DNA of 64,000 bases from the NCBI GenBank assembly GCA_050953065.1, contig JBMNLZ010000003.1, positions 365,544 to 429,543 on the forward strand. The letters are read 5' to 3'. Of this stretch, positions 1-9,161 are shown piece by piece (position 1 is the first letter of the stretch; every line of letters starts with the position of its first letter). The notes beneath the pieces were generated by a model. It saw nothing but the letters and a program-made list of their open reading frames with translations, did not search any database and was not told the DNA's origin. Made by a program: the position numbers and the translations under genes. The DNA is from Bacilli bacterium (GTDB lineage Bacteria; Bacillota_I; Bacilli_A; ML615J-28; CAG-698).

Positions 1-857
1 TTTTCAGCTTTTAATTCTTTCTTTATTGACTCTTTATATTCTTCTACTGTATTAACATTATCAATTTCTAAAGTCTTAACAAATTCATCATTTAATTCAG
101 GATATTCTTTTTTCTTAACTTCGTGCACCTTTACTTTAAATGTTGCAGCTTTGCCCTTTAAGTTTTCTGCTTGATAGTTTTCAGGAAAAACCACATTAAC
201 ATCTTTTTCTTCATTTGCTTTCATTCCAATCATTTGGTCTTCAAAGCCAGGAATAAATTGGCCACTTCCAATTTCTAAACTATAGTTATTGGCTTGTCCG
301 CCTTCAAATGCTACTCCATCAACAAATCCTTCAAAATCAAAAACGGCAGTATCACCTTTTTCAATAGGTGAGTTTTCAGCTAATTTTAAAACAGCATTTG
401 AACCTAAAACTTTTTTAATTTCATTTTCAATTTCTTCTTCTGTTACTAAAGTTGATAACCTTTCAACTTCTAACTCTTTATATTGACCTAAAACAACTTC
501 AGGATAAACTTCTACTTCAGCAGAAAACGTAAAACTATTATTTTCAAGTGGTGTTACTAAATCAATAACTGGATCTGAAACCACTAAAATATTATTTTCT
601 TCAACCGCTTTAAAATATGCTTCTTGAATAGTTATATTAATTGCTTCTTGATATAAAGCACTTTCTCCAAACATTTTTAAGTAAACATCTTTTGGAACCT
701 TACCTTTTCTAAAGCCCTTAACGCTTACATCTTTTGAAACTTTTTCAAAAGCAGGATCTAATGCTTTTTCAAAATCTTCTTTTGTAACTGCAATAGTTAA
801 TTTTACCTTACAGCCTGATACTTTTTCTAAATTAAAAGTCTTGTTTTTTTCACTCAT
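1..857 (-). CDS. tig: trigger factor, N-terminal part (3' end lies beyond window edge)
   Basis: Not in the ORF track because it has no stop in the window. The minus-strand ATG at 857 reads MSEKNKTFNLEKVSGCKVKLTIAV...VKGFRKGKVPKDVYLKMFG, the typical trigger-factor N-terminal ribosome-binding signature (GFRxGxxP). The frame stays open to position 1. Confidence 0.9.
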   Translation of the reverse strand, partial: MSEKNKTFNLEKVSGCKVKLTIAVTKEDFEKALDPAFEKVSKDVSVKGFRKGKVPKDVYLKMFGESALYQEAINITIQEAYFKAVEENNILVVSDPVIDLVTPLENNSFTFSAEVEVYPEVVLGQYKELEVERLSTLVTEEEIENEIKKVLGSNAVLKLAENSPIEKGDTAVFDFEGFVDGVAFEGGQANNYSLEIGSGQFIPGFEDQMIGMKANEEKDVNVVFPENYQAENLKGKAATFKVKVHEVKKKEYPELNDEFVKTLEIDNVNTVEEYKESIKKELKAE

Positions 858-929
858 GATTGTATTCTCCTTTTTTTACTGTATGTAATTATATCAATTT
901 AAGGCGATTTATGCAAGCAATTTGTATTT

Positions 930-1529
930 TTATAAAAAAATATGCCTAGCATATTTTTCAATTTCAGAAATAACACTTTCATCATAGCCTAATTCATTTA
1001 TTGAATTAATTAAATCATAAAATCTATATAGCATATACTCCTTATCAATTTTAAACTCCCCAAGCATTTCTTTAAGCATTGCTTTTTGAAAAACTACTAA
1101 TAAAAGAGTAATTACTCTTTTTGAATCTTTAATAGATTTAATGTCTGTATAATTAGTTTTTTCTAAATCATCAAAAAAACATTTATTTTCTGGTAAAGTT
1201 AATAAACTGCTTTTCTCAATTAATAAACTACTAAAAAACAAATCTCTCTTTTCAATATAACTAGCCAACAATAAACTCAACAAATCATATGATTCATACC
1301 CCTTTGTTAATAATAACAAGCCTTTATCAATTACTTCTTTAAAAAGTCTTAAATTAAAAAAAGATGATAAAACTAAATCATAGATATTTGTTTTTTTATA
1401 AAAGTCAAAATCTTCTAATAACTGATTAAAATAAACAATTATTTTTTCATAATTAGAAGTTTCATATAAAGCATAAATTTTGTTTTCTAATACTATTTTT
1501 TCAGTGGGAAATTTAATAATCTTAGACAT
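930..1529 (-). CDS. hypothetical all-helical protein (TPR-like?) upstream of tig
   Basis: 199-aa ORF with no recognisable catalytic motif. It is Leu/Lys/Glu-rich and predicted helical. Its position just upstream of tig recalls the TPR-protein/tig synteny of Bacilli (memory only). Confidence 0.55.
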   Translation of the reverse strand: MSKIIKFPTEKIVLENKIYALYETSNYEKIIVYFNQLLEDFDFYKKTNIYDLVLSSFFNLRLFKEVIDKGLLLLTKGYESYDLLSLLLASYIEKRDLFFSSLLIEKSSLLTLPENKCFFDDLEKTNYTDIKSIKDSKRVITLLLVVFQKAMLKEMLGEFKIDKEYMLYRFYDLINSINELGYDESVISEIEKYARHIFL

Positions 1530-1672
1530 TTTTTCGTTTAAAAACCTTTCAGTTTAATCCTTAATTTTTAGTGCTTACTGATATATATTATACATTATTC
1601 TTAATCTAATTACAAATAAAATACATAAACAAAACCTTTAAACTTAATTTAAGAATTTTTTAAGTTTTCTAC

Positions 1673-1701
1673 TTTACAAAGAGCATAAAATTTAGTATAA
1701 T
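1673..1701 (+). promoter_or_regulatory. sigma-70-type promoter for tRNA-Arg
   Basis: TTTACA (1673-1678), 17-nt spacer, TATAAT (1696-1701), about 24 nt upstream of the tRNA. Confidence 0.55.
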
Positions 1702-1724
1702 ATTAAATGTATTTTGAAAATTTT

Positions 1725-1801
<77 letters not shown>

Positions 1802-1825
1802 ATCTTAATCTCTCTCTTTTTTTAG

Positions 1826-1856
1826 CTACACATAAATTTTTATGTGTAGTTTTTTT
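1826..1856 (+). terminator. rho-independent terminator after tRNA-Arg
   Basis: Stem CTACACATA/TATGTGTAG with loop AATTTT, followed by T7. Confidence 0.7.
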
Positions 1857-1929
1857 ATTAAATTAATATAGTTTTAATTTTTTTTATGATATAATCTAAT
1901 AAAGAAAGTTTTTATTAAAAAGGTGGATT

Positions 1930-2445
1930 ATGGCTGATAAACTATTCATCGCAAAAACTAAAGCAATTGAAAAAACTTTAGCTTTTTGTTCTCAAATTCT
2001 AAAGATGTCACCAATTAAATTAAAGTTCTTAATCTTTGAAGATTCAAGCAATGTTTTTGCTGCTTTTGATGCTTCAAAAAATAGAATTTTAATTGACTCT
2101 GCTTGGGCCAAGGATGCTACAATCATTGAAATAATTGTAGCTGTTGCCCACGAAATGAGACATGCTTACCAATTAAAACAAATCAATCTTTTAAATAAAA
2201 ATAAAAAAACAACAGAACCAAAAAATGTTGTTATGGAATGGCATAATGATTTTGAAAATTATGTCTTTCCCAAAACTGATTCTTTAGATGCCCAATACAT
2301 AAAATCATCAATTGAAATAGATGCTTTAGCCTTTTCTTATTACTTTGTTAAAAAACTTTATAATTATGAAACTGCAATTCCAGAAATTATTAAAGAATCA
2401 GTCTTCTTTCAAGTAAAAGTTTTAGAATCTAAAAAATTAATATAA
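1930..2445 (+). CDS. small putative zinc metallopeptidase-like protein (HEMRH motif)
   Basis: 171-aa ORF with RBS AAGGTGG 4 nt upstream. It has a single HExxH motif (VAHEMRHAYQ). No signal peptide or TM segment is seen. The family was not recognised. Confidence 0.65.
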   Translation: MADKLFIAKTKAIEKTLAFCSQILKMSPIKLKFLIFEDSSNVFAAFDASKNRILIDSAWAKDATIIEIIVAVAHEMRHAYQLKQINLLNKNKKTTEPKNVVMEWHNDFENYVFPKTDSLDAQYIKSSIEIDALAFSYYFVKKLYNYETAIPEIIKESVFFQVKVLESKKLI

Positions 2446-2452
2446 TTAAATT

Positions 2453-2482
2453 AAAAACATTTCGTTAAAACGAAATGTTTTT
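2453..2482. terminator. bidirectional hairpin terminator between convergent genes
   Basis: AAAAACATTTCG...CGAAATGTTTTT inverted repeat flanked by A and T runs, lying between the stops at 2445 (+) and 2502 (-). Confidence 0.6.
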
Positions 2483-2501
2483 AATATCCTTTTATAAGTC
2501 T

Positions 2502-3308
2502 TTAAAACAAATCAATTTTCTCAAGATTTAATTTAAATAATTTGACCTTTTTATTTTCTGAAGATGTTAATATTTTTATTTTTTCCAATTCATTTAACAA
2601 TCTTAAATAATATTGTTTTGAAAAATTATCGTTTGAAAACTCTTTATAATCTTTCCAATTAAAATAACCATTTTTAGTAAAATGAATTATTAAAATATGT
2701 TTTAAAGCAATTTCATTAGAACGAGGCATTTCTATGCCTTTTTTTGTTTTTAATTTATCTAGTATTGTATAAAAATTAATATATATTTTTGAATACTTTA
2801 ATATTATATCTCCCATATATTCTAAAAAGTAAGTTATATCATTTTCTGATTTTCTTGAATTCATAATTGCATTATAATAATCCTTTTTATGAACTTTATT
2901 ATTGATAGCTTCACTAACTAACAACAAACTAAGAGATGGTGCTTTTTTAAAATTATACCAAAAGGATAGCACCCTTCCCATTCTTCCATTATAATCAAAA
3001 TAAGGATGTAAATATACTAAATAATAATGAATTATATGAGAGGCAATCAAGTGTTCCTCATATTCTTTTTTTTGATTAATATAATCAATTAATCCATCCA
3101 TTAATTTAGGCAGCATTTGCCAGTTTACACCTCTATCAATAACTGTATTTAATGCATCTACAATGCTTACCTCAGCATGTCTATAAAAATTATTTGGTAG
3201 TAATTTTTCTTCTTCTTTTAAACATTTTTTAGATAATATTTCATATAATTTAAAAATGTTTTCTTTTGTTATATCATTTTCTTTAACAAACTCATATCCA
3301 AGTAACAT
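2502..3308 (-). CDS. Fic/DOC family protein, core plus C-terminal winged-helix-like part (downstream half of a split gene)
   Basis: The Fic active-site loop HPYFDYNGRMGR is encoded at 2973-3008; the canonical form is HPFx[DE]GNGRxxR. The C-terminal ~70 aa resemble the wHTH tail of long Fic proteins. There is no SD sequence in front of the ATG at 3308. Confidence 0.85.
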   Translation of the reverse strand: MLLGYEFVKENDITKENIFKLYEILSKKCLKEEEKLLPNNFYRHAEVSIVDALNTVIDRGVNWQMLPKLMDGLIDYINQKKEYEEHLIASHIIHYYLVYLHPYFDYNGRMGRVLSFWYNFKKAPSLSLLLVSEAINNKVHKKDYYNAIMNSRKSENDITYFLEYMGDIILKYSKIYINFYTILDKLKTKKGIEMPRSNEIALKHILIIHFTKNGYFNWKDYKEFSNDNFSKQYYLRLLNELEKIKILTSSENKKVKLFKLNLEKIDLF

Positions 3309-3324
3309 ATTTTTAATGATAATA

Positions 3325-3732
3325 TCATTTTTTTTCTTCTAAATCTTCATAATTTACTTTACTTAATTTTTCAATTTCAGCTCTTGTACTTCTAACACCT
3401 TCTATTGCTAAACTAGATTCAATTTCAGAAAAAATAAAACCATTAAGCATTTCTGAATCACTAAAATCAGAAAATTGATTAACTACAGAATTTCTAATCA
3501 AATCTTGACTATCAGCAAACTTTCTAATAATTTTTTTGCTATTCCAATAAAAAAGTTTTTCCCCTTTTTGATCATATAAGTCTAATTTCAAATATTCTTC
3601 ATCTATTAGTTTTCCCTGATAAACTTCAGCCATATCATTATGAGTTAAACCATGTTTATAAATAAGTTCTGATTCTCTAGGATAATGATCTAATTCTTGA
3701 CACAAATTTTTAAATTTATTATACACATTCAT
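3325..3732 (-). CDS. Fic N-terminal (Fic_N-like) fragment carrying the inhibitory-helix motif S-x-x-x-E-G
   Basis: 135-aa ORF with good RBS AGAGGG. SLAIEG, encoded at 3397-3414, matches the [ST]xxxE[GN] auto-inhibition motif of Fic proteins. The ORF ends at a TGA immediately after an A8 run. Confidence 0.75.
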   Translation of the reverse strand: MNVYNKFKNLCQELDHYPRESELIYKHGLTHNDMAEVYQGKLIDEEYLKLDLYDQKGEKLFYWNSKKIIRKFADSQDLIRNSVVNQFSDFSDSEMLNGFIFSEIESSLAIEGVRSTRAEIEKLSKVNYEDLEEKK

Positions 3733-3754
3733 TTTTTTACCCTCTTACAACAAT

Positions 3755-3783
3755 AGTTTACAATACTGTTTACGATATGTCAA
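3755..3783 (-). promoter_or_regulatory. putative promoter of the split Fic operon
   Basis: Minus strand: TTGACA (plus 3778-3783), 17 nt, TAAACT (plus 3755-3760). It sits about 20 nt upstream of RBS AGAGGG and the ATG at 3732. Confidence 0.5.
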
Positions 3784-3823
3784 TATATTTGTTTACGATT
3801 TAGTTTACAATTTTGTTTATAAT
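3756..3823. repeat. five phased direct repeats GTTTAYRAT (12-nt register) overlapping the Fic promoter
   Basis: GTTTACAAT 3756, GTTTACGAT 3768, GTTTACGAT 3791, GTTTACAAT 3803, GTTTATAAT 3815. A degenerate copy, GTCAATATA, fills the 3779 slot. Confidence 0.75.
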
Positions 3824-3841
3824 TAATCTTACAAAATTAAT

Positions 3842-3866
3842 AAAAGGCTTGATACGCAAGCCTTTT
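3842..3866 (-). terminator. rho-independent terminator after rsmD
   Basis: AAAAGGCTTG/CAAGCCTTTT stem with loop ATACG, followed by a T-rich run on the minus strand. Confidence 0.7.
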
Positions 3867-3868
3867 AT

Positions 3869-4417
3869 TTAAACTTTCTCAAATATTATAACTTCACTAT
3901 GACCAAATGATTTATTTTTTAAAACTTCTAAACCCTTAACTTCTAAATTAATTTCCTTTTTCATAATCTGACAAATAATTATAGCCTTATCTTTTAATAA
4001 ATCATCATTAATTAAAGTTTCAATTATTTCATTAATTACCTTTAATTTATATGGTGGATCTAAAAACACAATATCAAACTTTTGTTTATTATCTTTAAAC
4101 TTCTTTAGCGCATCTAAATAATCCATATTTAGAATACTAGAATTACTAGATTCTTTTGCTTTTAAAACATTTTTCTTAACAATTTCTAATGCTAGTTTAT
4201 CTAGTTCCACAAAATAAGTAAAACTTACTCCTCTACTTAATGCTTCAAGCCCTAAAGCACCAGAACCCGCAAATAAATCTAAAGCAATTCCACCTTCAAA
4301 AAAGGGGCCTATAGTATTAAAAATAGATTCTTTCATCCGATCCATCATCGGACGAGTTGTTGCACCTTCTAAAGTATAAAGCATCATCCTTTTATGCTTT
4401 CCTGCAATAATTCTCAT
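3869..4417 (-). CDS. rsmD: 16S rRNA (guanine966-N2)-methyltransferase
   Basis: MRIIAGKHKR...TRPMMDRMKESIFN...DLFAGSGALGLEALSRG...FLDPPY, the classic RsmD motifs. Its ATGA overlaps the upstream gene. Confidence 0.9.
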   Translation of the reverse strand: MRIIAGKHKRMMLYTLEGATTRPMMDRMKESIFNTIGPFFEGGIALDLFAGSGALGLEALSRGVSFTYFVELDKLALEIVKKNVLKAKESSNSSILNMDYLDALKKFKDNKQKFDIVFLDPPYKLKVINEIIETLINDDLLKDKAIIICQIMKKEINLEVKGLEVLKNKSFGHSEVIIFEKV

Positions 4418-5313
4418 TTTTTCTTCTCCTTATAAGTTGGAGCATAAATCCTTAAATGATTATGAAGGTTTTTAACTTTAATACTACCCTTTGGTCCTTC
4501 TTCTCCATCAACACACCAAGTAATATTATCATCACAAACAACTTCAAATTCAGAAGAAGAAAAATATCCTACATATCTATATTGTTTTTTCTTTCTAAAA
4601 GCAAAAATAATTGTTTTAACTAAATTAAGCATTCCTCTAAAAAGACCATACTTAACAGCTATAATATCAAAAACACCATCATTTAAATGTCCTTTTTTAT
4701 TAAATTTAATTCCACCCGCTCTCACAGAATTTAGAATTAAAAGCATTGGGACAACACCTTCAAAGTTAATATCTTCGCCCTTAATAACAATTTTGGCTAC
4801 TTTAGGTTTAAAAAAGTCCTTTACACCATCAAAAAAATAAGCCAGTCTTCCTAATATTTTCTTAGCTTTTTGTTTAGTCCTGTAACTTACTGCAGTAAAT
4901 GTCCCCATCCCTACAACATAGAGAAAATATCTATCGTTTACTACACCAACATCATGATTAATAATATTTCCATCAGTGATTACTTTTACTGATTTTTTAA
5001 TATTCTTAGAAATCTTTAAATTTCTAGCAATATCATTAACAGTCCCAGATGGAATATATCCTAAAACCGGTCTTTCCTCACATGAAGCAATCCCACAAGC
5101 AATATCATTAAATGTCCCATCGCCTCCAGAAAAAACTAAAACATCATATTCCCCACAAACTTCTTTAGCTTTTGTAACAGTATCAAGAGCTGATTTTGTT
5201 GCATAGATATTAACTTCACCAAAAACCTTTTTTAATTCGCTTTTGATGAAATTAACTTTTTTCAAAATCTTTCCCTTGCCACTAATGGGATTATACATAA
5301 AGATACATTTCAT
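4414..5313 (-). CDS. diacylglycerol/lipid kinase family protein (YegS/DagK-like)
   Basis: N-terminal NPISGKGK and the GGDGT motif of the DAGK catalytic domain. Confidence 0.85.
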   Translation of the reverse strand: MKCIFMYNPISGKGKILKKVNFIKSELKKVFGEVNIYATKSALDTVTKAKEVCGEYDVLVFSGGDGTFNDIACGIASCEERPVLGYIPSGTVNDIARNLKISKNIKKSVKVITDGNIINHDVGVVNDRYFLYVVGMGTFTAVSYRTKQKAKKILGRLAYFFDGVKDFFKPKVAKIVIKGEDINFEGVVPMLLILNSVRAGGIKFNKKGHLNDGVFDIIAVKYGLFRGMLNLVKTIIFAFRKKKQYRYVGYFSSSEFEVVCDDNITWCVDGEEGPKGSIKVKNLHNHLRIYAPTYKEKKK

Positions 5314-5498
5314 AATAATTTCTCCAATTACTACTATTATAAACGATTAATTCGCCTTTTAAAAGGAAAACCTTATTAAATAAAGAACTGTCTATTTAAA
5401 ATGTTTATTAATAGCATAAATTTAGCCTATAATCGCCTTTCTACTACTATCTATATAAATTCATGTATAAGGTGTTTTAATCAAAACAACCCATTTTT

Positions 5499-7328
5499 TT
5501 AGATATTTTTAGAAAGTTCTATTTTTGTTGTAATAAACTGATTTTTATATAGTTCAAAGTACTCTCCTTGTAGTTTTAATAAATCACTATGGCTTCCTTT
5601 TTCAATGATTTCACCATTTTTAATCACTAAAATTAAATCAGCATTAATTACCGTTGACAGCCTATGAGCAACCATTAAACATGTTCTATCTTTAGTAATC
5701 TTTTCAATTATTTTTTGAATACTTAATTCAGTCTTAGTATCAACTGAAGAGGTAGCTTCATCTAAAATCAAAATCTTTGGATTACTAATTAAGGCTCTTG
5801 CAAAACAAATTAATTGACGCTGCCCAACAGATAATTTAGAACCACCCTCTCCAACAATTGTATCATACTTATTATCAAATGTTTGAACAAAATCATCTAC
5901 TCCAACTTCTTTAGAAATTTTAATTATTTCTTCATTTGTTGCATCAAGTTTACCATATCTAATATTATCATAAATAGTCCCGTTAAATAAAAACGGATTT
6001 TGAAGAACATAGCCAAGATTAGCATGTAACCAAGAGATACTTCTTTTTTTATAATCTACACCATCAATCTTAATAATACCTTCGGTCGGCTCATAAAAAC
6101 GACTAATCAAATTAACAATCGTTGATTTTCCACTTCCAGTTTCACCAACTAATGCAACATTCATTCCTTTTTTTACTTTTAAATTAAAGTTTTTTAAAAT
6201 TGTTTGGCCCTTTATATAACTAAAACTAACATTCTCAAATTCAATTTCTCCTTTTAGACTTCCCCATGATTCTTTTTTAGGATTTAGAATTGTTCCATAT
6301 TTTTTAATGACATCTTCTGTATCATAAATATCAAGTGGTGTTTCAATCAAAGACATAATTCTTTCAGCTGATGCTTGAGCTTGTTGTAGTTCAGCAACCA
6401 CAGTTGAAATATGCATTACAGGATCAAAGAATTGAATTGTACAAGTAATAAATAAATAAAGTACTCCAAGTCCTAAATCACCCCTCATTACCATGGCTCC
6501 ACCTAGTCTCATGACAAATAAAACACCAACATATGAGACAACCATTAAAATAGGGAATAAAATAGCCGAACGAGTAACTGCTTTAATCGCATTTTTCTTC
6601 ATATCCCCACAAAGATTTTTAAAATCCTTATTAGTTTTATCTTCTAAAACTAACGTTTTAGTAGTTTTAGAACCAGCTATTCCCTCATTATATGAGGCTG
6701 TAATTTTAGAGTTTATTTTCCTTACCTTTCTGTAAGCTTTTAAAATTGTTTTTCTAAAATAAAGTCCTATAATAAATATTACTGGAGTTAATAAAATATT
6801 TACTATAGCTAAACGAATATTAGTTATGATTAGAATTATCATAATTCCACTCATCGTAGCTAGTCCCCAAAGAATATCAACCAATCCCCAAGATAAAATA
6901 CTAGATAACTTTCTAGAATCAGACGTAAGACGTGCCATAATCCAACCAGCTGGAGTCTTATCATAATATGAAAAAGGTAGATTTTGAAGTTTTAAAAAAG
7001 CTTCTTTTCTTATTTCATAGGCCACCTCTACCTCAACTTTTCCAGCCATTTTAATAAATGTAAAAACAGTAACCCCATATCCTAAAACAACTACAGCATA
7101 AAAAACTATAAAAAGAGGTAATTTTTCAAATTCTTCATTTTCAAAAAATGTTGTAATTCCATATGAATTTAAAAGAGGATAAACAACATCTAAAACTGCT
7201 AATCCAATAATTGCAATAATTAAAACAGTAACATGTAATTTATTCTTTAAAACTAATTTTAGAATCTTCTTCCAAACTTTAGAATCTATTTTTGAATTAC
7301 TATAATCATGTTCTTCAAAACGGTTCAT
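5499..7328 (-). CDS. ABC exporter, fused permease/ATPase half-transporter (consensus NBD)
   Basis: Six predicted TM segments. Walker A GETGSGKST, signature LSVGQRQ, Walker B ILILDEATS, H-loop AHRLST. Confidence 0.9.
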   Translation of the reverse strand: MNRFEEHDYSNSKIDSKVWKKILKLVLKNKLHVTVLIIAIIGLAVLDVVYPLLNSYGITTFFENEEFEKLPLFIVFYAVVVLGYGVTVFTFIKMAGKVEVEVAYEIRKEAFLKLQNLPFSYYDKTPAGWIMARLTSDSRKLSSILSWGLVDILWGLATMSGIMIILIITNIRLAIVNILLTPVIFIIGLYFRKTILKAYRKVRKINSKITASYNEGIAGSKTTKTLVLEDKTNKDFKNLCGDMKKNAIKAVTRSAILFPILMVVSYVGVLFVMRLGGAMVMRGDLGLGVLYLFITCTIQFFDPVMHISTVVAELQQAQASAERIMSLIETPLDIYDTEDVIKKYGTILNPKKESWGSLKGEIEFENVSFSYIKGQTILKNFNLKVKKGMNVALVGETGSGKSTIVNLISRFYEPTEGIIKIDGVDYKKRSISWLHANLGYVLQNPFLFNGTIYDNIRYGKLDATNEEIIKISKEVGVDDFVQTFDNKYDTIVGEGGSKLSVGQRQLICFARALISNPKILILDEATSSVDTKTELSIQKIIEKITKDRTCLMVAHRLSTVINADLILVIKNGEIIEKGSHSDLLKLQGEYFELYKNQFITTKIELSKNI

Positions 7329-9146
7329 TTAATTCACCTCCTTAGAAACTAATTCTTTAAATTCATCTTCTAAAGAGCCTTGAATTTCCCATAATGTTTT
7401 ATATAAACCTTCTTTTTTTATTAAATCCTCATGTCGTCCAATTTCTGTGATATAACCTTTTTCTAAAACCATGATTTTATCAGCTTGTAAAGCAGTTGTA
7501 ATCCTATGCGTAATAATAATTGATGTTAATTGTTTTTCTCTCATCTTTAAAGCATTTCTAATATTTAAATCAGTCCTAGTATCAACAGCGCTTAAAGAGT
7601 CATCAAAAATCATAATCGGTTTATTTAAAACAAGCATTCTAGCAATTGCTAAGCGCTGTTTTTGGCCTCCCGATAAAGTTACGCCCTTTTCTCCTACTAG
7701 CGTATTATAACCTTCTTTAAATTGAAGAATATCATTATGAAGGCTGGCAATTTGAGCAGCATTAAAAACAGACTTATTATCAAGAGATGAATCTGCAATC
7801 TTAATATTTTCCATAACAGTTTTTGCATAAATAAATGGGTCTTGTAAAATAATCCCAACATTTTCTCTAACCCATCTTTTTTTAATATCTCTTAATTCTA
7901 CACCATCAAGTTTAATTGAACCTAAGTAATCATACATTCTAACCAAAATATTAACAATCGTAGATTTCCCAGCCCCAGTCTTTCCAACTATAGCAATAGT
8001 CTCCCCACTATTTATTTCAAAACTAACATCATTTAAAATATGTTCTTTATTGTCTTCAAATTTAAAACGAACATTTTTAAAAACTATGTTTCCTGTTATT
8101 TGAGGAGTTAATTTTCCATCATTTACATATTCAGTTGGTTCATTTAAGATTTCTTCAATTCGTTTTGTAGCAACAATTGTTTTAGAAAAATCTCCTATAA
8201 TTCTACCAAGTCTTCTAATTGGATAAACTAACATTCCAACATACATCAAACATGCTATGATATCTCCAATTGAAACAATCCCTGTTTTTGCAAAATAAAC
8301 TGAAACTATAACAGTTAGTGCATATTGACCGATTGTAACTAAATCACTAAAGCCCCAAAAAAAGGCCATTGCATTATTTATCTTTTCAGAACTTTCCGTA
8401 AACTTCCTACTTTCTTCTTCAAATCTACTCATAGCATATTGTTCTCTTGCAAAAGCTTTTACCACTCTAACACCATTAACATTTTCTTGTAAAACGCTAA
8501 TCATCTTAGCTTCGTTTTCTTCACTAATCGTAAATTCCTTATAGATATATCTAAAATAAATAACTGAAGTTACAAAAGTAATTGGAACAGTTACTAAAGT
8601 AACTAACATAATTCTTAAATCAATTAAGGACATTTGATAAACACCTGCTGAAAGTGATGCTATAACAAACAATAACTCAGGCATTTGAACACTTAAAAAA
8701 GCTCTAATTGTTTCAACATCAGATGTACATCTTTGAATTAAATCTCCAGTATCTAGTTTACTGTGGTATGTATATGGTAAATCTTGAATATGAGAAAAAA
8801 GATTTGTTCTAATATCTTTAGCGATGCTTTCTGAATATACGCCTTTAAAATAACCATTTAAAAAAATTATAATTCCTCTTAAAATTAAATAGGCTATTAA
8901 TGTAATACCTAAGGCCCAAATCGCAGTTAGACCATCAAATTTGTTTAAAAAAGCCAATAAAAAAGAAGGGAGATTAATATCGCCTTCAATTATTTCACTT
9001 GAACCTAAAATAACGTCCATTAAATACTTTATGAATTGAGGCACATAAGAATATGTAATCGGTGTAAAAATTGTTAGTAAAGCAATTAGAACTACTAACA
9101 CCCAATACTTCTTAACCCATTTCATAAGTTTGAAAAATGTCGACAT
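7329..9146 (-). CDS. ABC exporter half-transporter with degenerate catalytic site
   Basis: Walker A GKTGAGKST and signature LSGGQKQR. Walker B is IMIFDDSLS, with Asp in place of the catalytic Glu. The track start at 9161 is a TTG with no RBS; the ATG at 9146 follows AGGGGG, so the start is uncertain. Confidence 0.88.
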   Translation of the reverse strand: MSTFFKLMKWVKKYWVLVVLIALLTIFTPITYSYVPQFIKYLMDVILGSSEIIEGDINLPSFLLAFLNKFDGLTAIWALGITLIAYLILRGIIIFLNGYFKGVYSESIAKDIRTNLFSHIQDLPYTYHSKLDTGDLIQRCTSDVETIRAFLSVQMPELLFVIASLSAGVYQMSLIDLRIMLVTLVTVPITFVTSVIYFRYIYKEFTISEENEAKMISVLQENVNGVRVVKAFAREQYAMSRFEEESRKFTESSEKINNAMAFFWGFSDLVTIGQYALTVIVSVYFAKTGIVSIGDIIACLMYVGMLVYPIRRLGRIIGDFSKTIVATKRIEEILNEPTEYVNDGKLTPQITGNIVFKNVRFKFEDNKEHILNDVSFEINSGETIAIVGKTGAGKSTIVNILVRMYDYLGSIKLDGVELRDIKKRWVRENVGIILQDPFIYAKTVMENIKIADSSLDNKSVFNAAQIASLHNDILQFKEGYNTLVGEKGVTLSGGQKQRLAIARMLVLNKPIMIFDDSLSAVDTRTDLNIRNALKMREKQLTSIIITHRITTALQADKIMVLEKGYITEIGRHEDLIKKEGLYKTLWEIQGSLEDEFKELVSKEVN

Positions 9147-9161
9147 ACATCCCCCTATCAA

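Noticed and set aside
1802-3868. Integrated mobile element at tRNA-Arg (looked for an integrase, direct repeats of the tRNA 3' end and IS termini).
   Set aside because: There is no integrase, transposase or recombinase ORF. I could not find a duplicated tRNA 3' segment by eye. I kept it only as a low-confidence insert-like segment in the findings.
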